From: Thermocrispum agreste DSM 44070
Lineage (GTDB): Bacteria > Actinomycetota > Actinomycetes > Mycobacteriales > Pseudonocardiaceae
Length of the DNA: 32,000 nucleotides
Assembly (NCBI RefSeq): GCF_000427905.1
Contig: NZ_ATYX01000008.1
Coordinates: 840 to 32,839, forward strand
Reading direction: 5' to 3'
The notes under the pieces were generated by a model. That model saw only the letters and a list, made by a program, of their open reading frames with translations, had not been told where the DNA came from and ran no database searches. A program made the translations under genes and the position numbers. Below, one piece after another: positions 1 to 7,975 of the stretch; position 1 is the stretch's first letter, and each line of letters opens with the position of its first letter.

Positions 1-64
1 TTCCCGAACGGGTGAGGTGTGATTGAGTGGTCACAGACCGTCTGCACCGCGCGGGGGAGCACCC

Positions 65-1369
65 ATGAGTATGGACCGACCGGACGCCTTGTCCAGCCCG
101 GACCTGCGCATTTGGTGGAATCGACTGCTCCCTTCGCAGTGGGAGCTGTGGGCGCAGCCGCTCCGGGTACGGCTGTACTGCCTCGTCACCGAACTGGCCG
201 CAGTCGTGGCGGTTATCACTCTTCTGGGATCAGAAGAAATTACCCAAAGTGACATCTGGGTGTTCCTGGCGCTGGTCGCTTTGGGGGTAGGTCAGGCCGA
301 ACTCGGACGCCGGGTAGAGCGCATCCGGCGCCGGGTGAGCGGCGTGGCACACATCAACATGACGTCGGTGTGGACCTTCGCCGCGGTCATGTTGCTCCCG
401 CCTCCGCTGACCGCGGCCCTGGTCGTCGTCCTGTACTGGCACCTGGCGGTACGCAGCTGGTACCGCCTGCAACGGGTACCGGTGTGGCGAACGACGAACA
501 ACGCCACCGGGGTCATCCTGACCTGCCTGGCCGCCCATCAGGCGATGGTGCTCACCGGCATTCACGACATGCGCGAGGCGCTGGCCCACGACTGGCAGGG
601 CTTCGCGGCGGTCGCCACCGCGGTCGCGGTCTACTTCGTGGTGGGCGCCCTGGTCGTCATCGGCGCCCGGGAACGCATCATCTGGACGCCCAGCGGCCTG
701 TTCGGCAGTTGGACCGACAACCTGCTCGAGCTGGCCACGCTCGGCCTGGGCGCACTCAACGCACTGGCGCTGGTCACCATGCCCGGCCTGGCCCTGCTCA
801 TCCTGCCGTCGCTGCTCCTGCTGCACCGCAGCGTGCTGGTCAAGCAGCTGGAGGTGGCCGCCACGACGGACGACAAGACCGGCGTCTACAACACCGCGGG
901 CTGGCACCACACGGCCGAGCGGGAGTTCCACCGCAGCCGGGAGCGGGAGAGCCCGTTCGCGCTGCTGATGATCGACTTGGACCACTTCAAACGGATCAAC
1001 GACACCTACGGCCACCTGGTCGGCGACGCGGTGCTGCGTGCGGTCGCGCAGGCCATCAAGTCCGAGGTGCGTGATCGCGACGCGGTCGGGCGCTTCGGCG
1101 GCGAAGAGTTCGTGGTCCTCCTGCCCGACGTACACGCCGCGGAAGCGCACCTGGTCGCCGAACGCATCCGGCAGGCCGTCATGCGCATCCAAGTTCCGGT
1201 GGACGCCGACGCGGAGCTGGTCACCGGGCTGTCCACCTCGATCGGTGTGGCCATCTACCCGGATGCCGGCACGGGCGTGCAAGAACTCCTGGACGCGGCC
1301 GACACCGCGCTCTACCGGGCGAAGAACGCCGGACGCAACCAAGTCGTGCACGCCACGCCGGTCGGCTGA
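65..1369 (+). CDS. Membrane-anchored diguanylate cyclase (GGDEF domain)
   Basis: ORF 23..1369. An in-frame ATG at 65 has GGGGGAG five nt upstream, so it is the preferred start. The N-terminal ~270 aa are strongly hydrophobic (several TM helices). The C-terminus has 'GGEEF' with 'RDRD' (RxxD I-site spacing) five residues upstream, and 'LYRAKNAGRNQV' typical of GGDEF domains. Confidence 0.85.
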   Translation: MSMDRPDALSSPDLRIWWNRLLPSQWELWAQPLRVRLYCLVTELAAVVAVITLLGSEEITQSDIWVFLALVALGVGQAELGRRVERIRRRVSGVAHINMTSVWTFAAVMLLPPPLTAALVVVLYWHLAVRSWYRLQRVPVWRTTNNATGVILTCLAAHQAMVLTGIHDMREALAHDWQGFAAVATAVAVYFVVGALVVIGARERIIWTPSGLFGSWTDNLLELATLGLGALNALALVTMPGLALLILPSLLLLHRSVLVKQLEVAATTDDKTGVYNTAGWHHTAEREFHRSRERESPFALLMIDLDHFKRINDTYGHLVGDAVLRAVAQAIKSEVRDRDAVGRFGGEEFVVLLPDVHAAEAHLVAERIRQAVMRIQVPVDADAELVTGLSTSIGVAIYPDAGTGVQELLDAADTALYRAKNAGRNQVVHATPVG

Positions 1370-1652
1370 CTGCGTCGACGCCCTGACCCGCGAGTCACCG
1401 AACCCGGGCAAGCCGCTACGCCACCACTCGGTTCACACGTGGCGACGCGGCAAGTGGGTACCCGAGCCGCTCGGCTCAACGACGGAACCCACGACTGGAC
1501 CAGTGGACTGCGACCGTTCGCCGGCTCATGGCCATGATGACCAAGAACGCCCGCTCCGGTACTCGCAGCGCGCGGCAAGCCAGACGCGAACCCGCACCTT
1601 CGTGCCACAGCAGCTCAGCCGCCGCCATCCGGCGCTGCAGTTCGGCGGGCAG

Positions 1653-3044
1653 TCACGTCATGGCGAACATCGACCCCGGGTTGAACAGGTTGTCCGGGTC
1701 CAGGGCCGCTTTGATCTGCCGGTGCACGCGCATGCCGACCGGGCCGATCTCCCGCTCCAGCCAGTCCTGCTTGATCTTGCCGATGCCGTGCTCGCCGGTC
1801 ACCGTGCCGCCGAGCGACAGCCCCAGCGCCAGAATGTCGTTGAACGCCTTCCTGGCTCGTGCGAACTCGTCCGCCGAGGAAGCGTCGTAGACGATCGTCG
1901 GATGCATGTTGCCGTCGCCGGCGTGACCGACGACCGCGATGCGCAGCCCCACCTGCTCGCTGATCCGTTCGCAGCCGGTGATCAACTCGGCGATCCGGGT
2001 CCGTGGCACGCACACGTCGTCGGTCAGCCAGGTGCCGTAGACCTCGAGGGCCTTCAGCACCACCCGGCGCGCCTGCAGCAACAACGCACCCTCGGCCAAG
2101 TCGTCCGTCGCGTAGACGAAATCGGCTCCCGCGTCCTTGCACAGCTGCTCGATCGCCGCCAGCTCACGCTTGGCAGGCTCGCCACCCAGGTCGGACTGGC
2201 ACAGCAGCAACGCCTTGCAGTTGGACCCTGCCCCGATGTCGGTCTTCAGATACGCCTCGGACGCCTTGATCGACGTGGCGTCCATGATCTCCATCAGCGA
2301 CGGCACCAGGCCCTCGCGCACCACGCGCGCCACCGCATCCCCGGCCTTGCCGGTGTCGTCGAAGGCCGCCACCAACGTCCCAGGCGCCTGCGGGAGCGGT
2401 TTGAGCGCGACCGTCGCCTCGACGATCACGCCCAGCGTGCCCTCGCTGCCGATGAACAGCTTCGTCAGGTCGTAGCCCGCGACGCCTTTGACCGTACGCC
2501 GCCCGGTCTTCAGCAGTGACCCGTCCGCCAGCACCACCTTCAGCCCGAGGACCGAATCCGTGGTGACCCCGTACTTGACGCAGCACAGCCCGCCGGCGTT
2601 GGTGGCCAGGTTGCCGCCGATCGTGCACCAGTCGTAGCTGGACGGATCCGGCGGGTAGAACAACCCGTGCTTGGCCACCGCCTCGCGGAAGTCCAGGTTC
2701 ACCACGCCCGGCTGCACCACGGCCAGCCGGTTGCCCGGGTCGATCTCCAGGATGCGGTCCATCTTGGTCAGGACCAGCACCACACAGCCCTCCACGGCAT
2801 TCGCCGCGCCGCTCAACCCACTGCCGGCGCCACGCGGGACGATCGGGACCCCAGCCTCGGCGCACGCCCGGACCGTGGCCTGCACACCCTCGACATCCTC
2901 GGGAAACACCACCGCCAACGGCTGAGCCCGGTCCGCGAGCGGCATCATGTCGTGCGAATACGACGCCGTCACGTCCGGATCGTCCAGCACCGCAGCAGCC
3001 CCCAGCTCAGCGCGAAGCCGCGCGACGAGCCGTGCACCGTCCAT
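1653..3044 (-). CDS. FAD-binding oxidoreductase, GlcD / D-lactate dehydrogenase family
   Basis: 463-aa ORF with an ATG start. Motifs 'PRGAGSGLSGAA', 'HAGDGNMHP' and 'GEHGIGKIK' are characteristic of FAD-linked oxidases (glycolate oxidase subunit D-like). GAGGTGGGG lies upstream of the start. Confidence 0.85.
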   Translation of the reverse strand: MDGARLVARLRAELGAAAVLDDPDVTASYSHDMMPLADRAQPLAVVFPEDVEGVQATVRACAEAGVPIVPRGAGSGLSGAANAVEGCVVLVLTKMDRILEIDPGNRLAVVQPGVVNLDFREAVAKHGLFYPPDPSSYDWCTIGGNLATNAGGLCCVKYGVTTDSVLGLKVVLADGSLLKTGRRTVKGVAGYDLTKLFIGSEGTLGVIVEATVALKPLPQAPGTLVAAFDDTGKAGDAVARVVREGLVPSLMEIMDATSIKASEAYLKTDIGAGSNCKALLLCQSDLGGEPAKRELAAIEQLCKDAGADFVYATDDLAEGALLLQARRVVLKALEVYGTWLTDDVCVPRTRIAELITGCERISEQVGLRIAVVGHAGDGNMHPTIVYDASSADEFARARKAFNDILALGLSLGGTVTGEHGIGKIKQDWLEREIGPVGMRVHRQIKAALDPDNLFNPGSMFAMT

Positions 3045-3120
3045 GGCGAACTACCCCACCTCGGGTCGACTACCCGCCATCGTAGAACGGTCGCGGCGGA
3101 GAAAAAGAGGCCAAAAGGCG

Positions 3121-3777
3121 TCAGCCTTCGCGGTGCGGCCCCGCCAGGTGCAAACAGCGTACGGCCCGCACCACCAGCCACACGCCGAGGACGACCGACA
3201 CACCGCTGGCGGCGACCACCGTCGGGACGTAGGCGGGATGCTGCGGGACGCCGGTCACGTGCATGGCCACCGACGCAACGGCGATCACCCCGACGCCGGC
3301 GATGACGGCCCAGCCGAGGAGGCGCACTGCCCAGGTCGACGGCACTCGGTTGGCGACGGCCAGCAGCACCAGGGCCACCGCACCGCACCCTGCGGTCAGC
3401 AACGACGCCGTGTCCACCACGGACGACAGCACCGGGATCAGCGGCCCCGGGTTCCGCCAGGCCGTTGCCGGTGCGAGCTGCCAGATGAGGTCCCACAGCA
3501 GGGTCAAGGCACCGAGCACGACCGCCAGCAGCAAGGCGCTGCGCAGCCCGTAGCGCGCGGTCAGTTCGGTTTGCAGCTCCGCGGCGATCACTTCCGCGTC
3601 GCCGAACTCCTCTTCGGCGCGCTGCCGCGCCACGGCGGGCGGCAGCCCCGCGGCGCAATAGGCGTCGGTGGCGTCTTCCAGGCCGTCACGCACTTCCGCC
3701 AGCATGTCCGCACGGGCGCGGCGCGGCCCCCGCAGCGAGCGGTCCAGCCGGTCCAGTACCGACGACTGCGCTGTCAT
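3121..3777 (-). CDS. PadR-associated integral membrane protein (soluble helical N-terminus plus ~5 TM helices)
   Basis: In-frame ATG at 3777 (MTAQSS...) overlaps the padR stop as ATGA. The N-terminus 'LRGPRRARADMLAEVRDGLEDA...' resembles the helical prefix domain commonly encoded after PadR regulators. The C-terminal two thirds are hydrophobic. Confidence 0.7.
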   Translation of the reverse strand: MTAQSSVLDRLDRSLRGPRRARADMLAEVRDGLEDATDAYCAAGLPPAVARQRAEEEFGDAEVIAAELQTELTARYGLRSALLLAVVLGALTLLWDLIWQLAPATAWRNPGPLIPVLSSVVDTASLLTAGCGAVALVLLAVANRVPSTWAVRLLGWAVIAGVGVIAVASVAMHVTGVPQHPAYVPTVVAASGVSVVLGVWLVVRAVRCLHLAGPHREG

Positions 3778-4097
3778 GCTCCGCCTCCCAGCACCGTGCC
3801 GATCACCCCGGTGAACCGCACCCACTCCGAGCGCCTGCGTGCCAGTTCCTTCTTACCCGCGGGACTGAGGGTGTAGACACGGCGTTTCCGGCCGTCGACC
3901 ACGGTCCAGGTGCCTTCGATCCAGCGGGCCCGTTCCAGGCGCCGCAGTGCCGGGTACACGGTACCGGTGGGCAGCTGCAGCGCGCCTCCGCTGCGGCGCT
4001 GCAGGGCCTCGATGATCCCGTAACCGTGCAGCGGCCCGCTTTCCAGCACCGCCAACAGCAGCCCGTCCAGATGACCCCGCACATCACTGGCGTCCAT
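3774..4097 (-). CDS. PadR family transcriptional regulator
   Basis: Start MDASDVRGHLDGLLLAVL...; the winged-helix signature 'HGYGIIEAL...LPTGTVYPALRRLE...RRVYTLSPAGK' is typical of PadR. It overlaps the downstream gene by 4 nt. Confidence 0.85.
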   Translation of the reverse strand: MDASDVRGHLDGLLLAVLESGPLHGYGIIEALQRRSGGALQLPTGTVYPALRRLERARWIEGTWTVVDGRKRRVYTLSPAGKKELARRRSEWVRFTGVIGTVLGGGA

Positions 4098-4182
4098 AGT
4101 GAGGCAGCCTACAGCGCGAACACGCTCCCCTGAGCCGTTCGTGCCGCACAACCAGGGAAGTTCTCAGGGTTTTCCCGGATTC

Positions 4183-4203
4183 ATATGTAGTTTGCCTACG
4201 TAT
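4183..4203. promoter_or_regulatory. Candidate PadR operator in the divergent intergenic region
   Basis: Imperfect inverted repeat ATATGTAG-tttgc-CTACGTAT (8-5-8, one mismatch). It lies in the locally AT-rich 118-nt spacer between padR (start 4097, minus) and the membrane-protein/MCO operon (start ~4216, plus). Confidence 0.3.
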
Positions 4204-4215
4204 AGCGTGGGCCGC

Positions 4216-4686
4216 GTGACGACATCCGAACGCTCCGGACCGCGGGTGACGCTGTGGCTGCTGCGCTGCACGACGGCGGTGGTGACCGTCGGCGTGCTGC
4301 TGCAACCGGTGCTGGCAGGTGGCTATCTCTCGGGTGACTTCGACCTGCTCTGGTGGCACGCAACGAACGCCAGCGTGCTGATGAGCGTGGCGCTGGCGCA
4401 GATCGTCGTCGCGGTCTGCTTCTGGTTGATCGGACGCGGCAAGCCATGGCCGGTCCTGCTCAGCGTGGCGCTGTTCTTCGCGGCCGGGGTGCAGACCGGC
4501 ATGGGGTACGCGCGCGTTCTGTGGGTGCACATCCCGCTCGGCGTCGCCCTCGTTCTGCTGGCCTTGGGATTGTTCGCGGTGGTGTTCCACCGCTCCGCCA
4601 AGGTCGGGCGTCCCAAGCGGGAGGGTGCGGCTGCACTGACCGGCGAACTCGGCCCACCGCGACGCTTGGGGGTGTTCCGCCGATGA
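4216..4686 (+). CDS. Small integral membrane protein (~4 TM), first gene of the MCO operon
   Basis: ORF 4099..4686. The upstream part is non-hydrophobic and low quality, and in-frame GTGs occur at 4207 and 4216. The hydrophobic segments are 'LWLLRCTTAVVTVGVLL', 'VLMSVALAQIVVAVCFWLI', 'WPVLLSVALFFAAGV' and 'IPLGVALVLLALGLFAVVF'. Its stop overlaps the MCO start as ATGA. Confidence 0.55.
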   Translation: MTTSERSGPRVTLWLLRCTTAVVTVGVLLQPVLAGGYLSGDFDLLWWHATNASVLMSVALAQIVVAVCFWLIGRGKPWPVLLSVALFFAAGVQTGMGYARVLWVHIPLGVALVLLALGLFAVVFHRSAKVGRPKREGAAALTGELGPPRRLGVFRR

Positions 4687-6227
4687 CCGTGTCTCGCAGG
4701 AACTTCTTGGCACTGTCGGCATTGGGCGTAGCCGCGGTGGCACTGCCGTCGTGCGGGCGCAGCGAGGGCATCGAGCAGACGGCCGAGCTGCTGACCAGCG
4801 AAGGCCCGCTGCCGAAGCCGTTCACCGTGCCGCTGCCGGTACCTGCGGTGAAGAAGCCGGTGCGTACCGACGCGACGACCGACTACTACGAGATCACCCA
4901 GCGAGTCGCCGACGTGGAGATCCTGCCCGGACGGCGTACGCCGGTGTTCTCCTACGACGGCACGTTCCCCGGCCCGACGATCCGGTCGCGCTCCGGCCGC
5001 CGGACCGTGGTCACGCACCGGAACAAGCTGGACGTGCCGACGGTCGTGCATCTGCACGGCGGCCACACGCCGCCGGAACACGACGGGTATCCGACCGATT
5101 TGGTCATCCCCGAAGGCGGACGGCTGGCCGATCACGTCGGCCACGGCGGCCACCCGCTCGGCGACGTCAGCAAGGGATCGCGGGAATACGTGTATCCGCT
5201 CGACCAGCCTGCGGCGACGCTGTGGTACCACGACCACCGCATGGACTTCACCGGCCCGCAGGTCTGGTACGGGCTGGCCGGCTTCCACCTGGTGCACGAC
5301 GAGGTCGAGGACGAGCTGCCGCTCCCTCGTGACGAGCGGGACATCCCGCTGATGATCTGCGACCGCGCGTTCGACGGCGACGGCCGGTTCCGTTATCCGG
5401 CCATCGACCAGAGCCTGCGGCACACCCCCGGCGTGCTGCCCGAGTACATGGAAGGCGTCGCCGGCGACGTGGTGCTGGTCAACGGCGCACCGTGGCCGCT
5501 GCTGGAAGTGGACGCGGCACGCTACCGCTTCCGCCTGCTCAACGCGTCGAATGCACGCCGGTACCGGTTGCGGCTGGACGGTGGTGCGTCGTTCGTCCAG
5601 ATCGGCTCGGACCTCGGCCTGCTCGACCGGCCGGTCCGGCACCCGCACATCGACCTGGCACCCGCCGAGCGCAGCGACGTGATCATCGACTTCTCCGCCG
5701 TCCGGCCCGGAACGCGCATCGTCCTGCACAACGATTTCGGCGCGGGCTCGACCGCGGTCGTAATGGCATTCGTCGTCACCCGCCGGGCCGCCGACGACAG
5801 CCGGATCCCCGGCCGCCTGGCGCACATCGAGCGGTTGGACCAGCAGCGCGCGGTTCGCGTGCGGACGTGGCATTTCACCCGCGGCATCGTCGGCGGGCAC
5901 AAGGGATGGACGATCAACGACCGGCCGTTCGACCCGGAACGTATGGACGCCCGGCCTCGGCTCGGCGAGCTGGAGATCTGGCGGTTCTACAGCGATCTGC
6001 ACCACCCGGTGCACATCCACCTCTCACCGTTCCAGATCGTCAGCCGCGGCGGACACCCACCGGGCCGGTTCGACCGGGGGTGGAAGGACACCGTCGACGT
6101 GCGTCCGGCGGAGTACGTGGACGTCGCCGTCCGCTTCACCGGCTACGCAGGCCGGTACATGCTGCACTGCCACAACCTCGAGCACGAGGACATGGCGATG
6201 ATGAGCGCTTTCGAGACGGTGGCATGA
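4683..6227 (+). CDS. Multicopper oxidase (CotA / bilirubin-oxidase-like), Tat-exported, probable lipoprotein
   Basis: In-frame ATG at 4683: 'MTVSRRNFLALSALGVAAVALPSC' (twin-arginine motif SRRNFL followed by a Cys lipobox-like site). Copper ligand motifs are 'HLHGGH', 'WYHDH', 'HPVHIHL' and 'HCHNLEHEDMAMM'. Confidence 0.9.
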   Translation: MTVSRRNFLALSALGVAAVALPSCGRSEGIEQTAELLTSEGPLPKPFTVPLPVPAVKKPVRTDATTDYYEITQRVADVEILPGRRTPVFSYDGTFPGPTIRSRSGRRTVVTHRNKLDVPTVVHLHGGHTPPEHDGYPTDLVIPEGGRLADHVGHGGHPLGDVSKGSREYVYPLDQPAATLWYHDHRMDFTGPQVWYGLAGFHLVHDEVEDELPLPRDERDIPLMICDRAFDGDGRFRYPAIDQSLRHTPGVLPEYMEGVAGDVVLVNGAPWPLLEVDAARYRFRLLNASNARRYRLRLDGGASFVQIGSDLGLLDRPVRHPHIDLAPAERSDVIIDFSAVRPGTRIVLHNDFGAGSTAVVMAFVVTRRAADDSRIPGRLAHIERLDQQRAVRVRTWHFTRGIVGGHKGWTINDRPFDPERMDARPRLGELEIWRFYSDLHHPVHIHLSPFQIVSRGGHPPGRFDRGWKDTVDVRPAEYVDVAVRFTGYAGRYMLHCHNLEHEDMAMMSAFETVA

Positions 6228-6307
6228 GCAGGCAGCCGCGCGTTCACCCGGATGGCCGGTCGTCACTGAGCTGAGTTGGCGCTGGTCCGCTGTCTAGAGT
6301 GCAGGCT

Positions 6308-6820
6308 ATGCGCACCTCACTGCGGATGCTCGCTGTTGGCGCCGTGCTGGCCGCGGCCCCGGTCCTGACGGCGTGCGGCCAGGGAGAAGTCTCGGCCGCC
6401 CGGGACGACGGAGACCGGGACTATCGCGCGATGCAGCCCGAGCAGGTCTGCCAGCTGCTCACCGCCGAGGAGGCGGCGCAGATCATGAAACCGCTCACCA
6501 CGGACCGGCTGACGCCGAGCGGGGAACAGCACAACTCGCTGCCCGCCTGCAACTACGGCGCCGGTGACGGGGCGAAGTATCTGATGCTGTCCATCCACCA
6601 GTCGAGCGCGCTGGGCGAGGACGACGACGCGGAGAAGGTGTCCGTGGCGGGCAAGCAGGCGCTGCAGATGCGGCCGTTCACGGGTTGCTCGGTGGCCATT
6701 CCGCTGGAGAAGCAGCTGTACCTGCTGGCGATCGTCGAGTCGTGGGAGTCCGGGGACGAGGAGTCCTGCACCGCGGCCACCGAGGCGCTCGCCAAGGCCT
6801 ACCCGCGGCTCACCGGCTGA
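6308..6820 (+). CDS. Secreted lipoprotein (DUF3558-like Cys pattern)
   Basis: 'MRTSLRMLAVGAVLAAAPVLTACGQ' is a signal peptide with lipobox LTAC. The mature part has four spaced Cys residues. An alternative GTG start lies at 6299. Confidence 0.6.
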   Translation: MRTSLRMLAVGAVLAAAPVLTACGQGEVSAARDDGDRDYRAMQPEQVCQLLTAEEAAQIMKPLTTDRLTPSGEQHNSLPACNYGAGDGAKYLMLSIHQSSALGEDDDAEKVSVAGKQALQMRPFTGCSVAIPLEKQLYLLAIVESWESGDEESCTAATEALAKAYPRLTG

Positions 6821-7571
6821 TCACCTGGGCCGCGACGTCCAGCGCCCACTCGCTCGCCCCCGGCACCAGAGCCACCGCGAGCACCGAGAACAGCGGGACG
6901 ATCACCCAGTTCTCCGCGGGGCCGCTGGTGCGGAAACGCAACGCCTTCGGCGGCCGGATCTCGTACCACGTCTCGCCGCGGATCGGAATCGGCCACAGGA
7001 ACGGGCAGCCGGACTTGGTGAGTGCGTCGCCCAGGCAGTGCACGATGCAGCCCAGCGCGACCGCATAGCCCAGCCAGCCGGCCAGAGGACCCAGTTCGTC
7101 GATGCCTTCCGGGGTCGAGCTGATCCACCACGTCACCGCCGCGGTGGCCACCGGGAGCAGCCAGTCGCCGAGCGCGTCCTCGGCCAGCAGGACCGCGAAG
7201 AGGGCGACGGCAGCCACCGCCCACGGCCCACCCGCCTCGGTGCCCAGCGCGGTCAGCAGGCCGAGCAGCACGGCGAACACCACCGTGTGCGACAGGTGCC
7301 GGTGGGTGCCCTTGACCTTCTCGTCGCGCGGCCCTTTGGTCACCGCGTACAACCCCGCCGACGCCCTGCGCAGCAGCCAGGAGAGCGCCTTGGTCACCGG
7401 GCCGAGCAGGCGCGACGCCCGGGCTCCCGGGTGATCCAGATCCGGCAACAGCGCGAACCCGGCGGTGACCGTCGCGAACGCGACCGCCTTGTGCAGATCT
7501 CCTGCCCCCACCACAGGGGCGAAGGCCAGCCCCGCGCACCATCCGGTGAGCGCGTGCGTCCGACCCATCAT
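6810..7571 (-). CDS. Membrane-bound metal-dependent hydrolase (YdjM/DUF457-like)
   Basis: Tandem ATG ATG at 7571/7568 is preceded by GAGGAGG. 'MMGRTHALTGW...LLPDLDHPGA...HRHLSHT...' are the His/Asp motifs of the YdjM family, and the protein is multi-TM. The 369-aa track ORF carries a poor-quality N-terminal extension. Confidence 0.75.
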   Translation of the reverse strand: MMGRTHALTGWCAGLAFAPVVGAGDLHKAVAFATVTAGFALLPDLDHPGARASRLLGPVTKALSWLLRRASAGLYAVTKGPRDEKVKGTHRHLSHTVVFAVLLGLLTALGTEAGGPWAVAAVALFAVLLAEDALGDWLLPVATAAVTWWISSTPEGIDELGPLAGWLGYAVALGCIVHCLGDALTKSGCPFLWPIPIRGETWYEIRPPKALRFRTSGPAENWVIVPLFSVLAVALVPGASEWALDVAAQVISR

Positions 7572-7975
7572 CGGCCGGACCTCCTCGCCCTCCCGGCCGT
7601 CCCGCATGATCTCGTGGCTCCGAATCGACTCACCAGTTCCCGCTGACCGGGCACAGTCACCCTCCGTCCTTCCGCCAACGCGGGCCGGTCGACCCAGCAC
7701 CGGCCGTGAGAAGTCGATCATGGAATGTAACGGGCGGTGCCGACGCTTTCGCGGCCCGTGGCACACAAGTACGGAGCGGATGCGGCGGGCCCCGACGATG
7801 CGCAGGTCAAGCCCCTTTCGCGCGGTCGGCCGTACGACGGCGGCCCACGCTCGGTACACGCGACGTTCGCAAACCCCTGCAGCGCGGCCGGCCGCCCACC
7901 GGAGGCCAGCGCGTGCCATACCAGGGCGAGGCCATGACCGACCGGCCCGTCAGGCCGGATGGCCAGTCGCCCAGG

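Noticed and set aside
230-1411. Long antisense ORFs opposite clearly conserved genes (230..1411 -, 4323..6020 -, 7706..9403 +, 16328..17743 +, 20425..22284 -, 22524..23621 -, 23778..26048 +)
   Set aside because: Each lies opposite a gene with strong motif support (GGDEF, MCO, BCCT, HtpX, KorA, KorB, the disordered protein with TM anchor and conserved tail). All have Arg/Pro/Gly/His-dominated composition. They are GC-rich shadow ORFs, not genes.
7572-7975. 400-nt leader upstream of the YdjM-like hydrolase with GGGAA..GGTG..ATTC elements that superficially recall a cobalamin riboswitch core, plus a 66-aa plus-strand ORF (7737..7937)
   Set aside because: The defining B12-box/CCCGCCACTG-type segment and the paired helices are not present. 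The similarity is a few short GC-rich words. The 66-aa ORF has about 80% G/C-ending codons but an implausible Pro/Arg/Ala composition and no SD. The region is left unexplained rather than called.
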